Shown: positions 1 to 13,499 of the stretch, piece after piece
How positions within the stretch are numbered: the first letter of the stretch is position 1
How the letters are laid out: the number at the start of each line of letters is the position of its first letter
Translations under genes and position numbers: made by a program
Notes under the pieces: model-generated
The model's input: only the letters and a program-made list of their open reading frames with translations
The model's database searches: none
Told to the model about the DNA's origin: nothing
From: Nageia nagi
Taxonomy: Eukaryota; Plantae; Pinophyta
Length of the DNA stretch: 64,000 nucleotides
Assembly: GCA_050084985.1 (NCBI GenBank)
Contig: JBITNC010000002.1
Location: 35,526,001-35,590,000, forward strand
Direction of reading: 5' to 3'

Positions 1-1
1 T

Positions 2-440
2 AGAGCAAGTCTGTACAATGATGGACCACTAGCTGCATTTTCAGAGAATCTTGTATCTCAGTGGGACATTCAATCACAGGCTGAAACTGCAGTGCGTACT
101 TCATCAAACGTTTCAATACAAAGGACCCTCTCGTTAAATGGGAGAGACAACAGAGTTGCAAATTCTTGTCTTTCAAATCATCAGCGGAATTTCTTTGGAA
201 ATATTTCAGCTGATTCAAGCCTATTGGACAGCCCTCAAGGACCATCCCGGTTGAATACAAATTGTACCTTTCTTCAAAGGGCCCCATTAGCTGGCAGGGA
301 CAACAGAGTTGCAAGTTCTTCAGGTCATCAGCAAAACATCTCAGTGGATTCTAGTCTTTCAGACAGCTTTCGTGCACTACATAGCTCAATTTCTCCCCAT
401 CCGTCAGATCTTGATGGAAACCTTGTCTATGAAGCTTCAG
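2..440 (+). CDS. Upstream coding exon (5'-partial) of a plant RING-H2 protein gene
   Basis: The frame is open from position 2 (RASLYNDGPLAAFSENLVSQWDIQSQAETAVRTSS...NLVYEAS) and Ser-rich. It ends at a canonical donor CAG|GTAGGC at 440/441 in phase 1, which matches the micro-exon at 22267. Confidence 0.75.
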
Positions 441-827
441 GTAGGCAATTCGCTAAAGTATTTTCTTGAATTTCTTTATATACCATGATGGCAAGACAGA
501 GCAATTGTTTGAGATACCTCATGGATTTCTTCCCATTTTATCATTCTCGGCTTCTTTGTTCATAGTGTTATTTGTTTCTGCTGACTGCATGCTAAAACAT
601 TTATGTCATAGAGATATCTTCTTCACTTGTATTACCCTGGTCTTCTTTTTGATATCATTCGTACTATTTGGCCATAGTTTTGGAGCTTGATTTCTATCCA
701 ACCAATGAGTTGATAACTGTGATTCGTAATATAGCTGTCATTAGTTTACCTCTGAACATGGACTGTAGAATTTCAAAATAAGTGATTTGACTTCTCAAAT
801 CTAACTTATCTCTTGAAAAGGCAGAGG

Positions 828-2100
828 TGTTAGTAGAAGTTCGTATGAGCCCTATGGCATCAAAAGAAAACCTAATATTTGAAGTGCAAATAATAACAAA
901 TAGGAAACTACAACAAAAGGAATTTGGTTAGTATGTCAAAATGATAAATATTTTATGGGAAACTTTTAGCTGATACCTCAAAAAAGGTCAATTGTTGATA
1001 GATATTTCATTTTTCTCTATCAATTTAGTTTGTTTGGTACGTCCTATTTGAAACCTCAAAGAGGTTTATTGAGACAATTTGATGCTAACACAATATGTTC
1101 ATTAATAAATTCGTAGTACAATATATAGAGCTCCAATGAGTAACTGAAACTGAGCTCTCATGGAGGTTACATAAATGAGAAACTAAATGCTATGGACTGT
1201 TACATAAAATCCACTCAAATCCAACCAAAAATACTAAATGGGAGTTACAAATATGTTCTAGGACTATCTCCCATTACACCTACAAAGTAACTGATGCTCA
1301 GACGAAGTGGAATTAAGAAAAACTAGTCAAAACATTATAAATGTCAAAACTGCCACAAACTGCTGATAAAACCTGTAGGGTAGTAAGTAATGCTGAGGCG
1401 TTTCACTCTGATGAAATGTGCATGGTCAAAGCTTTTCTGGGTAGATAAGGACAATTCGCCAGAAAACAGCGAATATGATGGTCAATTCTCTAGGGAAGGT
1501 AGGTATGCGTGTACTCATTGGAAAGGTATCTTCAAGAACTATCCAATGCAAAAAGAATCTACTCAATTGGATGTCTACACAAAAAGTTATGCCTCTGCAA
1601 AGTTGACTGATCTGTTTGAACTAGTTCAGTGAAAAGTCTTGGAACTTCAAGTTTGAGGTCTTCAATCAAGTGCAAATTCCAACAGTTATGCAACTCTAGA
1701 TGCATAATATCTAACAATGGTGTTTCACCATTAATACAGTAGAATATAAGACTATCCATTTTAACTTTGGTGATCTTTGTAGTACAGACAATTCAAGAGT
1801 TTTTTCTTAGTTATGACCAGGAGATTTCATCTGTGTGAATCAAACAGGTAATTCCAAGTCAACTTATCACCAAAAGTATAAAAGCACATGGAAAATCGCT
1901 TTCAAGGAGATTGCATTTACGTGCAGTTTCTCTTTGTTGGTAATGACTGTAATGAGAAATGACCTTTCCTATTGCATTCAGAATCTGTAATGAGAAATGG
2001 CCAAAGTTGTCATTTCTCATGCATGTGGACAATTCGTGTTTGGCTTAAAGCCCAGACATCGCCTGAATGGTTGCCAATCTAGAATTAGTTGGTTATTATT
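828..2100. mobile_element. Probable decayed LTR fragment or solo LTR
   Basis: Begins TGTTAG at 828, has a reverse-oriented TATA-like tatatag near 1122 and short internal duplications (ctgtaatgagaaatg twice, 1947-1999). No coding motifs; the ends are not resolved. Confidence 0.25.
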
Positions 2101-3449
2101 CTTCTTGGTTTGGGATGATTCTCCAGTATGATTTGATTTCTGGCCTTCTATCTAAAAATATGCTGTATTGTGGGACTGTATGGATATAGCTTTGAAACTC
2201 AATGTAGTGTTTGTTGCTTTTAGCATGATGCTTTTTGATCTAGCCAAAAACATGAAAGCTTTTAGTTGATAACAAGGAATTGGAAATGTGAATACCTCTC
2301 AATATGATTGCTAGGGATTATGAACACATTCCTTGCATGCAAGGAATTTTCCTAGTTATTAATTCAATCATCTGTGGAATAATAACAGAGACCAACTATA
2401 AAATCTATTACTCCCTGACTTTTGTGGAACATACAATAATACCAAATGTCATGACGTAATTTTATATGCTGTTATGGTACTGCATATGAGGAGCATTTAG
2501 AAGGACATGCACATGGGAAAATGGAACTTACATTGATTAATAGCCAAATCATCAGGAATATCTAGAATAAAAGGTTTCAGAGAAATCTTATATGAGGTTA
2601 ATGAACAATTGCAACATGAGTTATGCATGTAGATGGTTACATATGTAAACAAACCTATACATGTATACTATAAGTACATTTACACATACATACCATAAGT
2701 ACAGAAGGAATAGAAAAATGATTTCACGGTCACTACAGACTAGAATCCACATTTTCATATGATGTGATTTAAAGTCTGAATCTGTACTAGAAATGAAAGG
2801 TTTATTTATACCTATTGCATATTACACTATGCAGATGGTTAGATGTAACCATTTGCTTATTATTAACAAATTATTTGTTTCTTGTAATTGGTTGCATCTC
2901 AGCAAAAAATGTGGACCAGACTCTTATCTCCTAGGGAGGTGGATGATTATGTACCTAGAACCGTGGGCCAGACTCTTGACTGACATACATAAAAACTATT
3001 TCTCGTCTCCTAGGGAGGTGGAAAGTTATGTACTTAGGACCATAATATTAGAATATATATTGAGGTTATAGAAAATATTGACGTGTGGTACAGACGCCCG
3101 TAGTTCAGATGTATTTGGTCAACTGAACAACAGGATAATGGAATGGAAAAAGTCCTTTTAATTATAGGCATCACTAAACTCAAAGTCATCTAGAACATTC
3201 CAAGGTGCCTAAAATATTACGTGGCAAATAACTAATGGTGGACAATATTAGAGCACATATGTATAATAGCCTACTAACATTATTATTAACTTTCAAGAAG
3301 GTTAACCTCCAATAAGAAGGGCAAAATAATAGTAGCCCACTAGACAATATTAAACTCCAACATCTCCCTATAAGATTAGCTGGGCCCATCAGGTTTGTTT
3401 TAGTTCCCAAGTTTTGCACAATGTTTATGCTTGTGAGTCTTGCATGAAC

Positions 3450-4900
3450 CATTGGCTGGATTATAACTCCACATGCTCAGTTTTTTGTGAAATGCTCTCC
3501 AACATGGATCCCACCATGAACAAAATGAGCACTAGCATCATCCACCATAGACAAAAATCTTATGTTCGGAAGATATAGCTCTAGTAATCATGTCAATGAA
3601 GTCTTGCATCATCACAATCAACCTTAGCCTCCTCTGTTAGAACTCTTGAGTTTATCTAACACTAAAGTGATGCAAGAAGCTCACCCAAAGTGGGACCATC
3701 TCAAGGAATCAACCACACATGAGAAGTATCCTAATACTTCTCACACACAAAGCCTCTCATATTCTGTGATGACAATATACACATTAACAATAGGATGCAC
3801 AAGATGGTCAATAGCTACCACTCAAGGACCAATAGTATCTACTCACCTGATCGCAATGGTTATATCACTATTAGGTAGAAGTTAGAACTCATCATAGCGA
3901 TATCCATATTAGCCCTCTTGGAAGAAACCTTCAACCTAAAGTCTACAGAATGAAGAATCCTTAGAGACATTCTCATTCCCCACAGTATGAAGATTACACG
4001 AAGCAATGTTTTTTTTAGCAAAAAAGGAATTAGAAGAAGGGTTTCATCTGTGTACATGGCATCAAAGTCCTTATCTCCTCAATAAAGAACCATTGGACCC
4101 CAAAGAGAAGTCTTGTCATCATGGCTGTGCAAACCCTCCAAACCACAAAAGGCATCAAACCTTGTGAATTTGACTCATAATCCATACACAGACCAAGGCA
4201 TGCTCATAAGCAACAAATAAACCCACACAAGCCTCATCACATGTCTCCAAGAAGGACCAAATACAGCATGCACATCTCAACTGAAACTAGAGCAACAATA
4301 ATCATCCTTTGTTCAGACTCCAGATATGGACTGAAAAAGGGACGAAGCTTGATAGATAGAGAGTTGCCATCATGATCGATATCAAGATCATCATCATTAC
4401 CCATCTCAACTCCCCAAAGTAGCATTCTCAAACAAAAAAGGAAGTAAGCAGAATATCTAGCTGAACATAAGACAAACTTATTGCACCATTGTGGAAAGCT
4501 CAAAAAATATAGAAAAAATCTGCTCATAAACCTTATCTTATGAAAATTTATGAACTTTGGAGTTTCAACAAAACAGGGACCAAAAATGTAGGTTTTCCAT
4601 CTTTCTTTCCTCTTACTGAAGCTTTGACCATGATGTTGAGGGGGCAGAAGGACTCCGAATCTCAAAATGCAAAGATCTCTTTAAATCTCACAAACTTCTT
4701 AGATATGCAACAAGAATCATAAAATTGCACTGATTGTGATCTGTAGAAGGATTGTTTGTCTCCTTTGACCAAAAGTTCAGCTAGTGAGTTTGAAAATGAA
4801 GATGGAATAAAATCCAAAATAAAGTTCATGGTCCAATTTTGAATCCCTACTTCAAATGAAAAAGTTCTATTTATAAGTATTAAAATTTATGATATGAAAT
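3450..4900 (-). mobile_element. Degenerate coding-like region, probably a retrotransposon accessory ORF
   Basis: Broken minus-strand ORFs (3860-4057, 4237-4665) inside the intron, with a reverse TATA-like ctatttataag near 4866. No domain identified. Confidence 0.25.
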
Positions 4901-5934
4901 TTGGTGGTAGTTAGAACTTAGACGTAACCATCCTCATATATGATTAGAGTAAATTATTGTCCTTACCAGCATACAAAATTCAAATGCAGTTAGGAGGTCA
5001 AGAGATGTTTATGCTGTCACATTTTTTGTTTATTATGTAATCTTATTTGTTTGACCTCTTTGTCAAGGACAAAGCATATTAGAAGAATGGATTTATTTAA
5101 AGGCTTCATACTCTGGTTACACACGATTGGTTAAACATTTCAACACAACTGTTGGCGGTTCTGCTTCATCTTCGGATCCCACTGCTAGCTTTATGATACT
5201 TTTGTTCTAACAATTAACATGGTCACAGGGCTAGCAGGCATTGATTGTATGTTGTCCATAAACCAGTGGTAGTCTTACTTGGTAACCAATCTTGAACAAT
5301 AGTGTGTAGCATGTCATTTTTTCAAGATTTGTTTGTGAATCGTGTAACATTTCAATTAACTGCATGAAATAATATATAGTTTTTCAAGCAAAGGTAAAAA
5401 TATTATATATACCGTGAAAATGTGCACCCATGATGCCAATGCAATGCATGGGGTGGAAACCCCATATATCTTTAAAACTTGAAAATAAAACATATGTACA
5501 AGTCATATTAGCTTAATTACAAAAATTGTGGTGCCTGAGGACAGGCCACCTTTGAAACTAAGAGACTTCACAAAATTACTGCTGCTTTCTTTTCAATTTG
5601 CCACTATGGAGGCTTCTCCCGGATGCCCCAAGTTGGAACCAATATGTGCTCCAGTTACCAGCTGTTCAAGGCCCTCTTGTCCAATTCCCTTGTTTCCATC
5701 TCTGCTGTCTGTGTGGTTAAGCTTCCATGGGGGTCTTAACAGCCCTTGCAAGATGTGGTGACAACTCTTCACATTTGCTTCTATTTCAGTAGCATTTTTT
5801 AATGTTTTTGTCCATGCTTTGCATGAGTTGTTATTTTCTTCACCTCAGACTTCATGGTCTTCTTTAATTAAGCATGGCCTTGATTGCATCCTATACCATC
5901 CTGTCCTATGGTGGCCCTAATTTGAAAACTTGAA

Positions 5935-6260
5935 GGTTTTACAAACTAGGGTTTTAGGAATGAGTTCTACAAACAAGAATAAAATATTTAGAATAAAATC
6001 AAAACCTAGGACTTTTGGCATAAATAATACAAATGCAATGAGAAAAAGGATTCTATGAAAACTTAGGGCTTTGGCAAAAAAGCATCATAGATGTAAACAA
6101 GAGTAAGGATCTACCAAAACTTAGGGTTTTGGCAAGGTTTAGCCTTTAGGGAGGTTAAGGTTTATTGAATCTAAGAAAATATCAACAAAACCTATGATTT
6201 TTCCTGAAAACATTTTGGGCAATCGAATTTCACCAAAAACCTAGGGTTTTTGGCAGAAAA
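5935..6260. repeat. Cluster of about 6 degenerate palindromic AAAACCTAGGGTTTT motifs spaced roughly 50-70 bp apart
   Basis: Copies near 5943, 6001, 6058, 6116, 6187 and 6236, most followed by TTGGCA. Confidence 0.7.
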
Positions 6261-6589
6261 GAATGCAAAGAGTTGGGATCACTAAAATGCAGATAAAAAT
6301 AAAAGACAACTAATAAAGTATGTACAATTAATTCTACCTATGGAATGAAAATAGATAAATAACAATATATAAGAATCAAATGTAGCGAGTTAAGCTATTG
6401 TAAAAAACATGGAGAGGAGGAGATATAGAGAGAACTTTATTTGAAGGTTGTGAATTGGACGCAGGTTTACAAACAACTTATTATCTTGTAGGACGAATCT
6501 TGGGATTTTCAAGTGTTCATGAACTTGCAAGCCATAGAAAACTTTAGTCCATGCACCTTGTAGAGTTGTATGTGAGTTGTCTTATATTG

Positions 6590-9000
6590 GAGAATTCAAC
6601 TTTGATACTTGCAAATTTGATTCAAAGAAATATTGGAGAAGAATATGATAGTTCTAGTAGAAGATGTTAGCATTAAGGCTTTCAAAAATAAAGAGTTTGT
6701 ACAACCTTGAATATGAAATTTGTAAATAGTTTGTACAACTCTTAGACGTGAATGCTCATCAAATTTTACATCTATACTAACAGTAACAAGAACCCTTTTT
6801 GTTACTAAGTTGTACAATCTGTAATTATTTAATTTCTCACTATAACCTACAAACAAACATGTATAATTTTCAATTTTATGTTTTTCCTTTGTTTATTTGG
6901 AATATGCATCAAAGCAATGCAATCAAATACTTTAAAATACCTAAACTATGGCATCTAGCACAACAGGTTTCGTCACGGGTGACTTTTAGAGATTTAGTAG
7001 GTATCCTATTTAGAATATATGTTGCACATGCAACTACTAAACCCCAAAATTTGCTATGCAAACATTTATTATGCAACATGCATCAAACCATCTCATGCAA
7101 GGTTTTAGTTATTCGCTTAATTACTCCATTTTGTTGAGTATACAAAATCGTTCTTTGGACTTTAATACCATGTTTTTTTAGTAAAAGATCCATGACTACA
7201 AAATCACCCCATTATCAATCATCGAGCAACTAATTATTTTAGCATTTTGATTTTTAACCATGGCTTAAAATTTTTGAAAAATTTCAAATACCATGCTTTT
7301 CCTTAAATAAAACCACTTTTCCTATATAACCATCAACAAAATATCTAGCACTTGAAAATGATGGGTGATCCATAAGCCTACATAGATCACTACGAGTGAG
7401 TTGCAAAGGATATTTAACTTTACAAGATTTTCTTGAATCAAAATGATCTTGATGGTGGTTCTATAAAATACATCCATCATCGATGCCTTCAATAGTTGAT
7501 ATTTTTTGTTACCGTATAACCAATTGATGTTATTTACTATCATGCTTTGCAGTTTTCTATAATTTGTAGACCTAAGTCTATCATGCGACTATAGTTCAAT
7601 AGAGTAATCAATGCATTATATGCAACAAAATCATCATCAAAAAAGTGTACAAACTTAAACAAACCAACTTTATGATTAATAGTGCCTACGCAATCATTTT
7701 ATTTGAAGCTTCCTTTCTTCAATCCTAACTTGATCAATCAATGCTACAAATTCATAACCTACTTGAATACGTTTGTATGATGAAAGACATTTGGCCACCA
7801 CTCTTATTACTACCAAATCCTCGAAGCTCTTGTTACTTATGTTCTCAGAAAGACTAGACCAAATGATTTTCGTTTTTTCTTGCGAACACATAGTCCACCA
7901 TCGTGTCTTCCTATGTGCATAATCGACCAACACAACTTGATCTTCGGCACCACTCCAAACATCCGTCAGAACTTTATATGAGATCTTCGGTGTAGAACAA
8001 TGATTTTCTATCCAACATGAAATGGCGATCATTGTAGTCCCAGTAGTTGTTCGCCACCAACGTCAGCCCACACAAAAGCATTGAATTGGAGGGGAGATAC
8101 TTTGGCCACACAAAGTTGTACAAGTTAACTGCACCGTCCATGTTTTTGCCATTGATGTAGAGGATTTTTTCTGTTAGACTCTTTCGATAGGAAATAATAG
8201 AGCTTCAGGTTTTTATTTTGGCCCTTCCTTTGCAAAGTGCTTGTGAACCAGGTGCATTTGGATTCCATCATGGCTAATACATTCACGTTGTTTAAAGACA
8301 AAAATTGGACAAACCCCTGCAAATACCTAAATTACAAAGAAAACTATTGATTTGCTACACTATATACAAAAGATTTGAAATGATTATCTTCTAGATAATT
8401 GAGTGGGAGGTTAGCCTAACCAACCCATGGTTTTGCTCTCAACTTGCTCTGATGCCTTATTGGAGAACAATATAATTCACATTGTATTATTACACATTGG
8501 ACAATTTATTGACTCAAACCACCCATACTCTTCTACACAACAAATGTTGTTGAGATACTACTCAACAAAAATACATCAAACAATAATATCTCTAACATTG
8601 CAACGAGCATTTGAGCTCATCAATTTGCCCTTGTATTTCAATGAGGATCATCCATGTTCTTTCTAAAGATTCACCCACCATGACTTGCATCTTTAATGTT
8701 GATGTTAGAACTTCTTCCACAATGGCTTTCTCTTGTTTCAGTAGTTTGAGAGTGTATTGTTGCCAGATACCTTTGGGGTTGGACCCCACCTTTATTGTGT
8801 CTGCCTCCTTCATCGAGCTTTGGATATGATGGGAAACTTCTCCTCCACAAATGACATCCTCCTCACTCTTTGAGATGTCCATAGGCTTGGTTACATAGTT
8901 GCATTTGAAGGAGCTATATAAAGGGGAGGGGTAAATATAAGAGTTTGGGTGGGCAATGGATTTGTTGCTAACAGGCTTGTAGTGGATTCGAGCTGTGGGA
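6590..9000 (-). mobile_element. Decayed Ty1/Copia gag-protease-integrase remnant
   Basis: UBN2-like gag at 8592-8830 (GESLERTWMILIEIQGQI). GAG-pre-integrase/integrase start DGCIL*NHHQDHFDSRKSCKVKYPLQLTRSDLC at about 7370-7480. SH3-like MFVGYSEKLNNYRLYN...DVKFDE at 6750-6860. Many stops and frameshifts; no RT seen. Confidence 0.8.
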
Positions 9001-9549
9001 TTCAACTTGCTTGGCTAGTAGTAGGTTCTTGCTTCAGGATTTGTTGTTGCCTGGCTAGTAGCAGATTCTCATTACCAGGTTCGCTGCTACCAAATTGGCA
9101 ACAAATTCCTGCTATGGGGTTCATTGTTGTCAGGCTTGTATCAGATGCTCCTCATTTGGCAATTTATTTATTTATTTTTTTTTAATATGTTCATTAAATT
9201 TTATTTTGTTATTAAAAAAATGTGAAACACAAATAAAGGTCAAATCAACATTTAACATCATTCAAATACGTGATTGATATATATTTTCTTTTGGACAAAC
9301 TTTTATAGGTCTTACAAACCAATGGGTTTAAAAGGATGTTAAGAGACTCGTATCTACCTATCATAAACTTTTGAAGTCTAGTTTTTGCTTCACTTAGGTG
9401 GAACCAATTAGGATGATGTGCAAATAAGACAATGCTAAATTAGAATATTTCACTTAAGTTAGCCAAGAACAACTTAAAATGGGTTTAAATTGTTATTTTT
9501 AAATAAATTACCCAAATAACAGTCATTTTAGATAGTTAATATGCAATTT

Positions 9550-11520
9550 TAGTGACTACACTCTCCGCTATTATCCTAGGTGGTTTTAATTATCAATAAA
9601 AATATTCAATAAGATCAAGAATGATTTTCATTTAACTTGAAACAAATAAGAAAAATATTTTAATTAGCTATCTTTCTATTAATATTATGTATAAATAAAA
9701 TAATGTCTAGTTAAATTAATATTTTAATTAGATATCCACTATTATCCTGGGTGGCTAGCATGATCATATAAACATATTTAACGATGTAGAAAGGTGGGGA
9801 AGTCTCCTTAGACATGAATATAATGATTATCATTTTGTTTGTGTTTTTTGTGAATATAATAGTGATGGATGCTTGAAATATCTTTCACACTTGTGCATGG
9901 ATGACTTTGAGGATATTGATTTTTTAAAGCATGTAATTTTGCTCCCACCTCATCTTCCCTTTATGAAACATTTCTTCATAGACAAATGCTACCTTTCACA
10001 GCTTCTACGTTGTTTTGATTTATTCACTTAACTTAATATTATATATAAATAAAATAATGTCCGGTTAAATTAATATTATGCTACCAAGGTTAAAATCATA
10101 ATGTCACCTTACGTTGATGATGTAGGTGCTTTGTGATGACATCATGGATGATGTCAAAGTGTAGTGATGATGTGACTATTAAGAGATTCTTAATGTAGTG
10201 ATGATTGGGAATTGTGCGGGGCACTTGGGTGGTTGAATATTACCAAGTTCCCCATTCACCAACAAAAAAAAGATAATTTATTTAGTCACATGTAATAATC
10301 AATCAACCAATATTTAATTGGTCAAAGTGATGTCACTACTTGAATGGAGTTTGATTCACATATGCCCTTTGATTGATATAGGCTAATAACATTAATGATA
10401 ATCAAGGATAGCCTATGTAATATATATAGGCCATGACCTTTAATCAAAATAAATGGGACATGGAACAATGACACACATTTATTCAGAATCATTCAAGGCT
10501 AGGCACTTCAAAAAGCTTAGCTTGAAATCCCATTAGCTGAATTGACATTAACTAATCATGGCTTAAAGCCATGTAAGAACATAGGGAATAAATTGCATTA
10601 GCATTGTGGAAGCCCTACAACATTCGCCCAAGTTGGGTCATTGAAACAATTATCATCTAATGTTTGTTAGATCTCAATCATGTAATATGGGCCATGAATT
10701 GCGTGATGTTTCAACTTTGATTGTGAGTGCCATTTGGCACCTATGTCTTCATGACTCATTGGAGCCCTTTGCTTGAGCATGTTATACAAGTCTTTGACCC
10801 TCTATATTATAACAAGCTATGCTCAATAAATGGCATTTGGGCCTTAACACTTTATGGGGCCTTGCCCCTTATAAAATACGGCCATTGATCCTTGATCCAA
10901 ATGAATGATGCATGACATCATCATCAAATCTTAACCGTTCAAAATATTTTGATCCAACAATTCATGGACTTTTCAAATTGTCCAAGGCCATGTCCTTGAA
11001 AATGTTTTAGTAGTGAATGCCAATTTGTGAGTGTCCTAGGTTACTTTATTTGCTTGGTCCCACACCTTAGTCAATGCCCCTGGTTCTTACATCAATAGTG
11101 GTAGCAAATGTTTGATCCTATTAGATATACATCTCTAAAAGCTTTTTGCTTGCCATCTAATTGGTCTTTAGAAGTGTTGTTATGTCAGCCTAAGATCACA
11201 TAACCTGGAAAAACTTCAGAAAATAATTCGTAGGAAAATTGATTAGGATATAATCATGAGATGGGGCCAAGTTGACATTAGCCCAAATCATGGCTATCCA
11301 AACCCAAGTCATTTGATGATAGTTGGAGACTTTAGGTGACTAACGATTGTGGCTCGTTGAAGACATCAACCCATGGTTAGGTGCTACCACATGGTGTGGT
11401 TAACATCACCTTTGGGTCATTTTCATGGAAATATTAGCCTCGAACAACATGCTGCTGCAAATGTTAGGGCTTAAAGCTTTTTAAGCTGTAATACCATGTA
11501 TTATAGGTCATATACTATTG
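9550..11520. repeat. Diverged LTR-like repeat, copy 1 (homologous to 15439-18250)
   Basis: Colinear shared blocks with copy 2: aaacaaataagaaaa, cttagcttg(a/c)aatccc, gctatgct(c/t)aataaatggc, catcatcatca(a/g)atc, aacaacatgctgctg, taataccatgtattata. Confidence 0.65.
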
Positions 11521-11930
11521 CAACATCAAAATGTAGCATTTAAGATTCTGACTTATTTCCTCTTTATATAAAAACTAAAGCTCCATTTGTTATGAGTAAT
11601 TAATCAAAGTTTGCAAGTGAAAGGAAGGGGAAAAGTTATACATAGGCCTAAGGGGATCAAATCTGTATCTATATATAACATTGATATAGCACCCAAAAAA
11701 TTAAGAAATAAAAAACTGAGGTTTTTCACATAGAAGATGGAATGACCCTTAAGGGGCAAAGGAATGGGAATTGTTATCTCTTGTCAAAAGAAAAATAATT
11801 TAAAAACTGAGTTTTGAGGGTGAAAGCTCTAAGAAGAGAATTTGGGAGATTTAAATATGGAAGATAGTAATTTTGAAGTGATTTGTTCAAATTTATTTTT
11901 GCAACCGGTGTCATCAATTTGAACATTTAT

Positions 11931-12168
11931 GCAAGATGGAGGGATACCTTCAAGATTGCTTCTGCTACAAGATCAAGAAGAGATACCTTCTGGATCGATT
12001 CTACTACAAGATGAAGAGGAAATATCTTTTAGATTCCTCTTGCTGCAAGATACAAAAGTGCTATCCTCAGGGTTCCTTTGATTGGAAGATAGAAAATAGA
12101 CTTCTCTAGGGTTGGTTCTATTGCCAGATGAAAAAGATACATCTTAAGGGTTTCTTATGCCACAAGAC
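11931..12168. repeat. Degenerate 39-bp tandem repeat, about 6 units
   Basis: The CAAGAT anchor recurs near 11932, 11968, 12007, 12046, 12085, 12124 and 12163. Confidence 0.75.
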
Positions 12169-13313
12169 TTAAATTGACAACAAAAAATGGTGGTAACATT
12201 GGCACTTATTGGAGATCACTTATTTCAATTAGTATAAGAATTCGGCTCTCCATAATAGGTAGAATCAACTGGCAGCAATTCCAAAAGCAAAATGAACAAC
12301 TTTGAACTGAAAACTAAGAACAAGATTGCAAGAAAAACTAATAACAACTAGGAAAATATGAAAACTGATAATCTTACAATTATCCTCGTAGACTGATAAA
12401 TTGATCAAATGTTGTAGTTAATTTTTTCCTACTTCAATTTCCTGATTTGAATAACCGTAGCTCCATACTTGACGATAAAATGATAACTTTGTAAAGTTTT
12501 TAAGGTTTTGAATAGAGATTAAGACAGTTTCATTTGATGGCATTTTCGTACGTTAACCTTTCCTTCGCATATTGGTTATTAAAAAGAATGTATTTAATTC
12601 AGGTTTATGCCATATATTTATACATTAAATCTTATTGATTTGGCTTAGATTTGTGAGAAGCTTTAGTTTGCTTCCATATGTGTAGGCAGTGTAGCTATAG
12701 CCCATGGCTGAGTTACTCACTGAGTGACTACTCATGTAACTTTCTAAAACAATTTTCCATGGAAGCTTTCATCCTCGACCTACGAATGTGGTGTCACCAA
12801 GAACCTAGGATCTAGATGCGTAATTCTTTTTCTTATGGGTTTGGGTATTCATTTGAGGAATATGGAGTCACAAAAATTTGGTCCTGCTCACTTAGTCCAT
12901 ATTACAACTCCTTTTGGAGCAAACTTGAGTAGTTACGATCAGCTGCATGTAGTCACATTGGATTTACCAATCAAGATCACGAACTTTGATAGTCCATTTA
13001 AAGCTCATGTTATGTAGAATGCCCATTAGGAAGTGCACAATTTTTACTACATTGTATGTCCTTAAAAACATGGCCTTAAGAGATAATTTACGTAGGATTT
13101 ACCTTTAAACCATACACTTAATTACCATTTCAGACTCTTGGGGTAGGATACAATGTTCTACGTATAGTGGAAAGCCACCACTCATTGCATTCAATTGCAA
13201 GATAATTATTAGCCCTTTAAACATGACCACAAGGTGACTGAAATATTAAACTGCTCAAGCAAGCAAACTTAAGCAAATGTAAAAACAAAACAAAAGAAAA
13301 CCTTCCTATTAAC

Positions 13314-13383
13314 TACATCTATATATATGGGCTAGAAATCAAATACATCTATATATATGGGCTAGAAATCAAATACATCTATA
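13314..13383. repeat. Perfect 30-bp tandem duplication
   Basis: tacatctatatatatgggctagaaatcaaa twice, plus a partial third copy. Confidence 0.9.
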
Positions 13384-13499
13384 CAAACGATCATTCAAAA
13401 TTAAGAAAATATGACTCTTGGCTAGCTAATTTTAGGACAAACAAGGACATTAGAATCAATAGTAAGGGTTTAGAGAAAACCACACTTGCTTTCGAATGG

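Noticed and set aside
5935-6260. CRISPR-like pattern of palindromic repeats with spacers
   Set aside because: The repeats are short and degenerate, spacing is irregular, there are no cas genes, and the context is a eukaryotic intron.
7540-7650. PPR-like peptide DDDFVAYNALITLLNYSRMIDLGLQII on the minus strand
   Set aside because: It sits in the expected position of the Copia GAG-pre-integrase region, and neighbouring frames give Copia motifs.
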